Part shown: positions 37,498 through 48,735 of the stretch, one piece after another
How positions within the stretch are numbered: the first letter of the stretch is position 1
How the letters are laid out: each line of letters opens with the position of its first letter
Assembly: GCA_012026655.1 (NCBI GenBank)
Contig: JAAILG010000125.1
Span: 62,001 to 126,000 of the forward strand
From: Hydrolagus affinis
Taxonomy: Eukaryota
Direction: 5' to 3'
DNA: 64,000 bases
The notes under the pieces: generated by a model
What the model saw: the letters and a program-made list of their open reading frames with translations, nothing else
The model's database searches: none
Told to the model about the DNA's origin: nothing
Program-made: the position numbers and the translations under genes

Positions 37498-39223
37498 AGG
37501 TAGAACACATCACAACGTAGTGTGCATGTGTCAGTCACTTGGATGTTCCAGAGGTTCAAGTCCAATGTCACATGCCAATCTTGCTCAAGACTGACTGCTT
37601 AATACAGGTCGTAATGTGGTTCTGGCAAATAGATGTGCCCACCATGTAGAAATTTAGTCATCTTGAAATGAACAGTTTGTACTGCGTTATTGCAACACTA
37701 TATGTCCGTCATTCAAAACTAATGTCCACTCGTCATCACTTTTCTATGCTCTCCGCTTGTGAACCCAACGTGACATTTTTGGAGCTAAATCAATTTTACA
37801 AGGGGTGCGGGGGGGGAAGATAACATTTTTTAAAAAAAAGTGAAATGAAAGCTTGGGGTAGAATTATCATCACCGTTAGACTACCTCTGAACTGAATTGA
37901 AAGTCTGCAGATCAGTAACTATAGGGTTAATGGTCATACTAGCATTTATGCCTTAGGTTGGGTCCCTGTCTGCTAGGAAAGGAAAGAGGGTAATGAAAGT
38001 TGAAAGCTATGACATAAATGCAACTCTGAACTTGGTAGATGCCCATTTTCCCTTCTCTCAAACCGCATGAACACATATATGTTTGGCTGATTGAACTTCG
38101 AGGAACTAATGAAGTTGCAGAAGCCAGGTCCTGTTTTAGTTGTAGTCAGTTCTTGTTAACCCTTTCCGTTGTGATTTTCACTCAATTTCACACATCATTG
38201 TGACCCTAAAATGAGATTTTCTTCCTAACTCAGCTGAATACAGCTCTTTGTTTCTTACCTCTATAATGTAACTCCAGTGATATCTCTGTTAAGCAATTAT
38301 AACAAATCTAACCCGAGATATCCATACTACTTTCCATGTATGCCTATTTAATTTTGTTCCCTACACTTACAAATTCATCCTTTACCTCAATTTTATTTTC
38401 TGACCTATTGAAGTTTGCAATCACGTTTGTGTCTAATCCTAGGTGGCAGGTATGACGTATGTTTTAGACCTGGCAGCAAAATCTATCAGGTTAAAATTCG
38501 CTTGATATTGAATAGATCATGATTTCAAATGACATTACAAAGATGTATCAGACATTTGCCATCAGTCTAATTTATAGTCCTAGCACAGAAATAAAATATA
38601 ATGGCAATGGTCCATTCACTAAAGATGTACAATATTAACTGTTGAAAGTTACAAAGCTGTTTATTTATATTAGTCTCCTTCATTCCGAAGTACTTTTGAT
38701 TCATTAATTTTTGTTGTGATATAAAAATGCCCTACTGAAGACTGTAATCACATTTGTATCTACTGCTATGTGGCAGGAATGATGCACGTCTTAGACCTAC
38801 TGGATACCTAGATATAAAATTTACCCACTTACCTAGATACAGTATAATTGTTTAAGTACAGGAATAACTGTTTAACATTAAATGTGAACATCTTTGAAAA
38901 CAATTATATTTTTGATACCTTTTACATTTCTAGAGCAATGCAGTAGGTAAAACATTTGCTACCAATTCTGATGTTAATTTTAAGAAAATATGTAGCAACG
39001 ATTAGAAATCTAACCTGAAGATTTTTCCTATATAAATATATATAGAAAATAAATCTCCAATGTTCATCAGCCTTAAACATGGTTAACGTATTTTTCCCCA
39101 ATAAGGTTTTAAATCTCATAAACAGTAGAATATATTGGTTACTTGATAGTGAAAAAACCTCTCGGTATAATACAGCCATACAACTTAAAATTTGTTTGCT
39201 GGGCATATCAGGCCCGATACTTG

Positions 39224-39500
39224 TCAACAACAACAATTTTCATTAATAAAGCACCTTTCATATCAGGAGGATGTTGCAAACAAACACAGAGGTAAGTGGG
39301 CACACAAATTGGGTGGTGGGGGGTGGGTGGGATGGGAGTAAGGTTAGCTAAGGAAGTGGTGGGCGGAGGCAGGGTCAGGAGGAAAAGAACAGTTGATAAG
39401 ATAGATCTTGAGGGAGTTTTTGAAGCCATCAAGGGAGGGAGGGCAAGAGAGTGTAGGTGAAGCAGAGGGAACTCCAGGATATGGCAGAACCAAGGTGGGC
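39224..39500 (-). mobile_element. L2 3' end
   Basis: The minus strand encodes PPSLDGFKNSLKIYLIN (L2 ORF2 end). The tail is caacaacaacaattttcattaataaagcacctttcatatcaggaggatgt. Confidence 0.85.
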
Positions 39501-41399
39501 CGATATTTGGAAATAAAACTCAATGACATAGGTATTGCTATGTTTTCCAGAGCTCATTTTATTCAGTAACACAAGACAACAACAACAAAATTACATTTAT
39601 GGACAAATCCAGCAAAGGCTTTAAAATTTCCACTGATTAAAATTCTAGTAAAACATGCATCCTGACAATTGCAGCGTTCATGTTTTCTGTGTTTATCTAT
39701 TAGAGCATGAAAGCTGAAGAAGATTAGCACAGCTGTGTTTGTGATCTGTTTGGTTCTAACACAGACCTGGCAAATTCTATTCTTCTGTCACTGAATATTT
39801 CCTTTGTCATTGGAACAAAAGCATGATGATCAGTGTTTAAAATTTTTGAAAGAAGATGCTGACTTGCAATTAGAGAACTTAAATCAGCAGTTTCAAAGTA
39901 ATATTTGTGATGTTTTAACTTGGGCATAAACATATCTTTACAAACTGCATTTCAATTTGACTGTATTATAGCTGGATTTCTGTTGATTCTTCAGATAGAT
40001 TCATCTTTTTTGCCCAGTAAGGTTTTCAATTATTTAAAATCAATTCCAAAGAACAATTATTCGTCCATCTGCTTTTAAATGGAAAGGTTGACATTTCACA
40101 TTTAATTGGCAACAATGCTATAAGCAACATTCAGTTTTCCTCTTCCTTTTATATAAAATGACAATAGATGTGCGTTGGTATACACTCGCATTATATGAAG
40201 AGGCATTGTGTTAACCCCTCCACTGGCCCATTATGGAAAAAAAGCTCTAATTATAGTATTCGGCTCTCGCACTGTTTGGAGGGCGACTTTTATTCATTAA
40301 TTTGATCGTTTTAAACCTTTGACTAAAATCATGCATTTCCCATTCACAACAAACGCTAAGTTTCTCTGCCATTATGAAAGTTACTTGGTCTTGTCGGAAG
40401 AAAGTAACAGCTGTGCAAACCACTGCATAACCTGAGAAGCATTATTTTGTATAAATAAATGAAGAGGCTGTTAACCGTGCATAGCAGTGGAATCAACTTT
40501 GAATAATGGAGTTTTCTGTCACAACATCCAAATTGCAAACTATTTCTTGAACAGTAATCTCTAATTAGCACCAACTGTTCAATGGCAACGTTTCATTAAT
40601 AACTCTATTGTACCCAGAGCTATAAGTGTGCTACATTCTGTCAGGCACACAGAGTGCGAAGTTGAAATAGCAATGGATTTGATGACAAAGATGCTTCCAA
40701 ATGATTTGACAATGGGGTTGACAAACAATACATTTGCTCCCTGGTTTCTTCTATTTTTATGGCAGAAAATTGGACCTTGGGTGTTTCATTTGATTATATT
40801 ATAACTTTGTAATATAATAGTGTTCTGGTTACAGAAACCATAAGCCACAATGTACAGTAAACCATTGCTGTAATACTACCTTGGCTATTCTCACTGTCAC
40901 ATCATTTTGGAATAAGCAATTTCACTATCGGTTAAACATGATGCAAAGGGAACACAAACAATCATATTATAATAAAATTGTTACACATCTATTTCTTCTT
41001 GGAATATTCAGCAACATTTTGCAGCAACATGCATTGAATTAAAGTGACGGGTCAAATGCAGAAACACTAATTCACTGTGCACTTGAATATGAGTATTGGA
41101 TGATAATTTAATCTATGCAGCATTGTAATTATTAATGTCTGGTAAGAATTACGAGAGGTTACTGTGGGTGTTGCAATACTTCCCAGATTAGGACGCAGCT
41201 ATGCCCAGTGAATCATAGGATACCAATATTTCCACTGCAGTCAAATAATGTAAGCAATAGATCATCTGCTCTCCAACCAACTGCAGTACGGTACTTGTGT
41301 ACTTGAGTCAGGCAATCATGTAATTACATCAGCCACAGTGTCAGTTCTTACCCAGCTCAACATAGATGGGAGCTTCACCTGCTTTCCTGTGATCATTCC

Positions 41400-41555
41400 A
41401 TCTAGCCTTACTGTGCCAAACCCCTAAAATCCCCAATACTGTTGTGGATTGAAATAGACTGGAACAGAAATTGCAGAACCACAAAGGTTTCAAGCGCTCT
41501 GGGACATCCTCCCAATGTGAAAGGCACCATACAAATTTAAAATGTATTGTGTTGG
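41400..41555 (+). mobile_element. L2 3' end
   Basis: aagcgctctgggacatcctcccaatgtgaaaggcaccatacaaatttaaaatgtattgtgttg. Confidence 0.8.
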
Positions 41556-41700
41556 CCCAAATTCAAGTTGAATCATTGATGCAAAATGCTCAATGCAGGC
41601 ACACACATCTAATTTAACATGCTAGGAAAAGTGGTTGCGGCCAGGATACTGGACTTCTTTATAGTGCAGCTTGATTCTGTGATGCTGTTAGTCTATTGCA

Positions 41701-41870
41701 TAACAATAACAACAAAATTACATTTGTATAGCTCCTTTCACGTAGGGTGGACATCCCAAGGCGCTGGGTAATTAGTGTTTCAGACCCGAGCTAGAGTCGG
41801 GATCGGATACATGGAGGGAAAGGAGGGTATTTGGGGTGACTGATGGGAGAATATTGATAAGATAAATTGA
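41701..41870 (-). mobile_element. L2 3' end
   Basis: aacaataacaacaaaatttacatttgtatagctcctttcacgtagggtggacatcccaaggcgc...tttcagacccgagct...ggagggaaaggagggtatttggggtgactgatg, which is the revcomp of the family at 595-725. Confidence 0.88.
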
Positions 41871-42872
41871 AGTGAACAATGCCAACTTCATAAGCCCCAA
41901 AATGTTTGAAATTCCATTATCTAAAACATCTTTATATCCATTCACCAATTCTCTTTAGGAATTTAAAAACGTTTATGATGATTCTCTTTCCCAGCTTGAT
42001 CTGCTTTATCCAATGGTGACTCATGTTTGTCCCTGTAAAGCATTTCAACATGAGGTGTTTATAATATAATAGTATAATATTAATAAGTGTTTCTGTGGAA
42101 AGAGCTATCTATGTAAGTATATAGTATATATAATATAAGTTGTTGCTATTTACACTTCACTGAAACCCAATACTGTACCATCCTTATGGTCTTTATTTTA
42201 ACCCTTTTCAATGCAGCTTCATGTGTGCCTGTGAAGAGGAAGAGCGAATGACAAATGAGTCACACTGTCATGCATAATGTGCCCTTGTATGATTTCCAAC
42301 TAAAAACAATCTGGGTGTTTGCCAGTGAGGCAGAACAGCATGCTGTCAGAGTGGCAAACATCTGTGCGCTGCAAATCACAGCACCTTCCCCCTGCCCCAC
42401 CACCACCCCGTATCCACCACTGTATGATGTGATGCAACCATGCTAATTCAAGATGATTATGTGCTTACTGATTCAGTGAACATTTTTTAAAAAAAATTAT
42501 GAACATGAATGTAATTCACCCAACTAATTTAAAGGTAATCGTCTTCGATCAGGCTGGCAGATGCAATTATGAACGATTTTAGGAGATTAGCAAGAAGCAG
42601 AATTAAAAATATCAATGAATGTCTCCTGACAGCCGATTTTTATTGTAAATATTTCATCCATCTCTGACAACATGAACATATTTCAACTGCATTTATCTAC
42701 AAAAATCACCTCCTGTGTAGTTTGACCTGCAAAATTACAGATCACAAGGTTCAGATGAAGAAGGCCCTTCGGCTCAAAAAAGTAGTATAAATATACAGTA
42801 GTAGTTCTTCATTATTGCACTCCAATAAGCCATAACCTTTGGATCGCTCATGGTCAATTGGTCTTTTTTTTT

Positions 42873-42896
42873 ACACACACACACACATACACACAC
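42873..42896. repeat. (CA)n microsatellite
   Basis: acacacacacacacatacacacac. Confidence 0.9.
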
Positions 42897-44149
42897 TAAA
42901 TACAATACTAACCTCCCAGTCAGCATAAAATGCAAGTTAAAAAATACAATGTTAACGAGGCAATTTTTGTGGTAGTGCACACCACCTTTCCAGTTAAAAG
43001 TAACCCCTTTGATCAAGAAATTCTTGATGCATTTCTGACATAAACATTGCAACTCACAATCTACTTGCAGGCTGTGCTTCCCTCTTAAATTGGCTGCGTT
43101 GTTGCCACAGGTCATTACACAGAAACATTCAAACACTATCTCAGAAGCGGAATCAAGATCTGCACAGGAGTTGATGCCTCAAAAATGTATAACAAACTGC
43201 AAAAAACAATGAACAATTGGGATATCCAGTAGGTTAGTCATTTGTACTATTTTACAAGCAAAACAGACGCCAGCAAAAGGAGACAGTCTATTTGGAGGTA
43301 CAAGTAAAAGTCCTAGGTGTTCTGTCAAATGTTCCCTAATGGAAAGCTTCTCTTTTTTTTGCCCAGGTTACCAGATGGAGTACTGTTAGGTACAGGCCAC
43401 TACATCTTAAAGGAAGAGAAATGGAAGCATCTTCTGTTGACCAATCAAGGGTAATAGCAGCTAAAACGTCTGATTTAGATTACCTTCACCTCAGTGTCTG
43501 AGCCAAAGCGGAAGCCTGACATCACTAGAGATGTAATGGGAGGGAAAATATAATGTAGATGAGCCTGAGATTTGTTCAATTTGCAGGGCCTGATATAAAA
43601 TTTATCCCAGATGTGTCACCTGAATATGCTTTTGTGGCTGCATAAAATGTTGTCGACAGTAGTCTCAGCGGAGCTCTAGATGTGAACACACACACACGTA
43701 AAAGAAACTGACCATAGTTTTGGCCTAAATTAATAATTGAGTGAAGGGAATTTTACTTTGCATCTTGTCATGCTATACTCAACCCGGAAACACAAAATGC
43801 TCCAAATAAATAAACAGCTGACGATAAAAGGATTCCACTGCAATATGAAGACTCTATTTTACAACTCGTGATCAAGTAATTCATTGTGCTAAAATCCACA
43901 AGTGGGATAGACTCACATTTTTACAGCATTTATTATTCATGTAATGAGCCATTAGCTGTCCAAGTATCCAGAAGACTGACATTCAGACAGTGATGCTGTA
44001 ATATTTACACTGAACAGCTGTGTCTGGTGATCTGAATACAGCGGGGAGCATCATTGGTATTAGAGCTAATGTAAATCACACAGAGATGGTGATCAGATAG
44101 TAGGTATAGGCAGAGCCAGAGGCACAGCTAAACAGTAGCTTGTTTGAAT

Positions 44150-44430
44150 ATAATAATCCATGCATTTGATATATCTTCTTATCATGTTCTGGGAATGTGA
44201 AATCAACTTGTGGAAAAATGAACAAGTTAGAACTGGGCTAGTTGGAAAAGGGAGGTCAATATTTTATAAGAAGCAAAAGAGAGCTGGTGAAGAGGGCAAG
44301 GCCAATAAGTGGGTTAAGACTGGGGTTAAGTGGGTTGTGAAGTTGCCAGCGAAGATAGTAAGGTTAGGGCTCAATGGTAAGTAAAAGTGGGGCCATTCAG
44401 GAAAGGAGGTCAGGATTATATCTTCATCAG
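44150..44430 (-). mobile_element. Decayed L2-like/SINE-tail fragment
   Basis: ataataatccatgcatttgatatatcttcttatcatgttctggga, followed by a purine-rich stretch typical of an antisense L2. Confidence 0.5.
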
Positions 44431-45119
44431 GTACAGTGGACTTGAGAACCGCAAGTGTAAGATATAGCAATTGTTCTCATCAATTATCACACATTTTAGA
44501 TTGTATTGCATTGAGCACATCAGATGAGATTGTATTATTGCTTTCAGGAACATGTGCCAATAGAAAAATTATTTGTCTATGAGGCGAACAGTTTTAAAAT
44601 GCACATTACTATGGTCAATATATTGTGCTTTTTTATTCACGAACTTTCATGAAGAGAATTATTCATCAAACATCATCCCTGCAATTGCTTTGTGACAACT
44701 GACCTCTACCTGACCTTTATTTGCCGCTAATAGCTACGTTGCAGAATGTCTAATGTTTCCACCAAATGACCCAAACATTAACAATAAGCAAAAGGTTCAC
44801 ATTTGACATTTCCCTTTAAAAGGGATGGACTGTCAGCAGGTTTGTTAAAAATGTTGTCTGATATCCTCATGCCTGAAAGCATTGCCAAATGCTAATAAGT
44901 TATTAGAATTACAGTAGCCTTTCTATACCAAAGAAATGAAGAGCTGGCATATATTTATTCCAAAAATGCTGAATGTATCTGCATTTACCACATGAAGGAC
45001 TTTAGTCACCAAGCAGTTTAGATTAAAATAGTGGTGAAGGGTATCATTTTGATAATATACTTTGGAACACTTTGATGTTAGTCTGACTCAATTGATAAAT
45101 TGTGTCCTTAATGCAAATA

Positions 45120-45290
45120 GTAATATTAATCCTTCTATTTGATATAGCACTTTTCATGTCTTCTAGACATCTCAAAGTGCTTCACAGAATATACTGCAAA
45201 GTGAATTGACTGTATATTTGTGGGCGAAACATGACAGCCAATTGCGCACAGCAGTGTCCCACAAACAGTCATGGATTCGAGTGACCACAA
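45120..45290 (-). mobile_element. 5'-truncated SINE, well preserved
   Basis: atccttctatttgatatagcacttttcatgtcttctagacatctcaaagtgcttcacagaatatactgcaaagtgaattgactg...cagccaattgcgcacagcagtgtcccacaaacagtcatgg. Confidence 0.9.
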
Positions 45291-48175
45291 TGACCTCAGC
45301 ATCTGCAGGCTCACATCGAGCTAGTGTTCCCGCTCTGAATCATCACCAAATATCTAATCACGCAGCTGCTTATGTACGATTTTGAGGGAGGACGGGGTCA
45401 AGCTCAACTCGTAATCTTTCTTGAGCCGAAGAGCCTGCCCACAAACACTTTTCAGGCTCGCAAACAAAGAATAGGCACGTGGACAAAATCCTGCATAGTG
45501 CTTGTAGAACATAGTCCAGGATCACTCACCACTCTCAGGCAGGGAGGAAAGGGAGATAAGGGAAGTATGAGCAGGTGCGAGATATCACTGGGAAAAATCC
45601 ATGCAGTAGGATTCTAACCCATCAGACAATTGTCAGAACTCGCCAGGGAAAAGATCTTTGATCCATTATTTGGTCATTCAAAAAAAAACTCTGATCAGTT
45701 GGGTAACCAGTAGTAGAAGAGTGCTTTATCTTTCGGAATACTGCCGTCCTTTATATACTGAAAAAGCTTTTCACTTTAATACTACAATAACATCAAAACG
45801 GTTCAGTATCTGATATTTGAATTGCCTGGCTGGCACGCAACAAAGCTGCCACAGCTTTTTACTTCAAGCATTTATAATGCTTATGAGGCACATTCACTTA
45901 TTTTTGATCTTTTGATTGTGGCTTCTGTCTTCGGCATCGGAAGGCAAAGCAACGGGGGAAAAAAATCAATTTGTACATATTTTATGTGTATTAATGCGCT
46001 ATTGATTATCTGAAGCTTTTTTAATGCACTCATTACGCAGACGGATTAAAGGAATACTTAACCTGCCATTGTATTACAGTATATAAATGTAAGTGGTGCA
46101 ATAAAGCAGACACATGTGAAACTTGAGCAGAATTATACTTGCTTAGTTACTTCTAACCTTTTCATATTTGAGAAAAGTACTGTAAGGAAAGAAAATTGGC
46201 ATGGAATTCATTGTCAGTCTTTAGGTATAAATAGAAATATTTTAAAACAATGAGCCAAAAATGTGGGGCAAAAAAACACCCTAGTGCCTGTTCATTTAAG
46301 ACTATCACATCACATTACATCATTCCCACCTTTGTGCACTGCTTTTTATTGTAAAGGCATATCTAAAGGTTTTCCAGATCAAGGAATCTGGACAGTACCT
46401 GGGAGAAAATCCAAATGCAATAATTGCATTTTTTTTTAAAACAATCTACAAATATACTGTAATGACATTCCATTCACAGGCACTGAATTTAAAAGTTACA
46501 GCACCCATTTACCATTTACCCAGTTCTGCAGTGCTCTATGAAGGATCTCTTATGTCAGACTAGAACCAGCATTGAGTGCAGCACTGCTAACCCACCATGT
46601 TATCATGATCTCACAGTTTTCCTGAGTTTTTCATCTTTGGAAATCCCAAGAATTAATATTCCAATTTAAAAACAAAATCTTTCCAATTCTTTGCAGCTTG
46701 ATTTATGCATTACAGTACTGGGGTTTCCTTAAATGTCAAAGCGCATACACTACAGAGATATTTCCCTGACCATGCTGGTAATCGAAATAGTTTTATCCAA
46801 TATACAGCACTTTGACTGATCCCTGAGTGACTGACTATTCACTTGTTACATATTTTCAAAACCTTTCGATGAAAGATGGTTCTAACTGTATGTTGCCACC
46901 AGTTAAATCAGTTTAACCGATTCATGGGGTAGAGCAGAACTAAGGCAGAATCAACACATTTGATTGAAAAAAAGGAAATAAAAAGATTTAGTGAAACATA
47001 GCTCTCTAACTCTGTATAATAAAATACAAACGTGTGATGCCTTTGGTCCATGATTATGGCGTGATTTTCTAACCTTGCAGGAATTCATTAAAATTCCTTT
47101 CAGATGTTTAGTTCGGTAGGTATTTAGTCTAGTTTTATCAAATCGCGGCTGTTTATAATTACACAGAAACAACCTGCTATTGACAGCTTTGCTTTCCCAT
47201 AATATCTATGCATATGTTTTCTGGTCTATTGCTGCAATTTCCAAGGAGACTTCATCAGGGTCTTTTCAAATTTCAATCCATTTTCTGTTCTCTTACACCA
47301 TCATTCATTCCAGTTGATCGCCCATTTTATAATGCTAATTGTGGGTGTATGGTTTTAAGTTTCTCTACTGTCAGGTGGTCAGTGGATCTATGGGATATTT
47401 TTAATCGAATGTGACAGCTGATGGAACTGATCTCATTGAAAGGACATGTGATATGGGCAATGAATGAATGTAGTGACCCTCAATGAACATATTAATGGAC
47501 ACCATTATTCAAACTCCCGAGTGTCATTATATAAAAAGGACAAAACTAAATTCTGAATCGGTTTTAAGTCATTCTGTTTGCAATCACTTTAGCACAAATA
47601 TCACAAGCAGGAAAACAACGAGTGGGCACTGCCTTACATTTAAGAAAAGGAAAGTCCAACAAAGGTTGACTCAGCTTTGCACATATGTTGCAAACATTGC
47701 GTGTGAAAGTTGGTTACTGTACAATAAAAATATTTGATCATCCATCTGCCTATCTCGCGGTTTAGGAAATAAAACTGGTTATGTCTAAGAACAGATAATT
47801 ATTTGGAATAGTATATCTTTAACCAATATTTTAGGACAGAAGCATGCATCCAATATCCCATGGGTATTGTTAGTTTCACTATCTGAGCAATGATATTTAA
47901 TATTTAGCAATGATGAAAACAAAAGTATGAACACAAACATACAAACATTACAGGCAACCAACCTGCCTCAAGCAGATTATAACAGCTTTATAACAAATGG
48001 CAAATGATGTAAGCACAGGCCACAAGAGCCATGGAGACTGTTGAACCAGGGGTTCATCAACATGGTAAAATCAAAGTTATTGATATGCATCAAAGTAGTT
48101 TTGTTTCAGAAACAAAACCAGAAGTCGCTGGGAACACTCAACAAATCAGAGAGCATCTATGGAGAAAGGAAAAGT

Positions 48176-48212
48176 GAGTCAATGTTTCAGGTCCACGACC
48201 ATTCATCAGAAC
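48176..48212 (-). ncRNA. Minimal hammerhead-ribozyme-like core (minus arm)
   Basis: Minus strand reads gtt-CTGATGA-A-tGGTC-gtg-GACCt-GAAAC-ATT-gac. It has the core boxes, stem II and a 3-bp stem I (GUU/GAC). Confidence 0.5.
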
Positions 48213-48215
48213 ATG

Positions 48216-48249
48216 CTGATGAAAGGTCGTGGACCCGAAACATTGACTC
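48216..48249 (+). ncRNA. Minimal hammerhead-ribozyme-like core (plus arm), probably decayed
   Basis: CTGATGA-A-aGGTC-gtg-GACCc-GAAAC-ATT contains the CUGANGA and GAAA core boxes flanking a 4-bp stem II. Stem I pairing is absent. Confidence 0.5.
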
Positions 48250-48619
48250 ACTTTTCCTTTCTCCATAGATGCTGTCTGACCTGTTGAATGTTCACAGTGA
48301 TTTCTGTTTTTCTTTCAGATTTTCAGCATCTGCAGTATTTTGCTTTTGGGGTTTTGTTTCTGGTTTCAGTTGCTAATATTCACAGAACAAATTGAATATT
48401 GCACTGGCTTTGATGTCCTAGCTGTTCAATTATTGTAGTAGCTCTTAAGAATAATTCATATGTTTAACTCAACAAATAAAGGTAATACAGTAGTGCCTAT
48501 TTATCACATGCTGGTTAATTAATAATTATATTTTTGACGGGTGTACCAATCTAACCCCACTTCTGACCTACTATTGAGTTATTATGCCAGTAAACTCATG
48601 AAATTGTTTCCTTCAAATA

Positions 48620-48735
48620 GTAATAAATAATAATTCCTACATTTGATATGGGAAACATCAAATGCAGGGGAAACATCTCAAAACACTTGACTTGAAGAAT
48701 CTGATTTTACTGAAAAATATAGTGACTGTATATTT
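48620..48735 (-). mobile_element. Decayed SINE tail
   Basis: aataataattcctacatttgatatg...catctcaaaacactt...atagtgactgta. Confidence 0.6.

Larger units (their letters stand above)
48113..48347. mobile_element. Palindromic Penelope-like-element terminal remnant (inverted arms about 48113-48209 and 48216-48310)
   Basis: About 97-bp inverted arms around a 6-nt loop (aacatg). The right arm continues as tcagattttcagcatctgcagtattttgctttt. A homologous single arm lies at 53075-53210. Confidence 0.75.
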
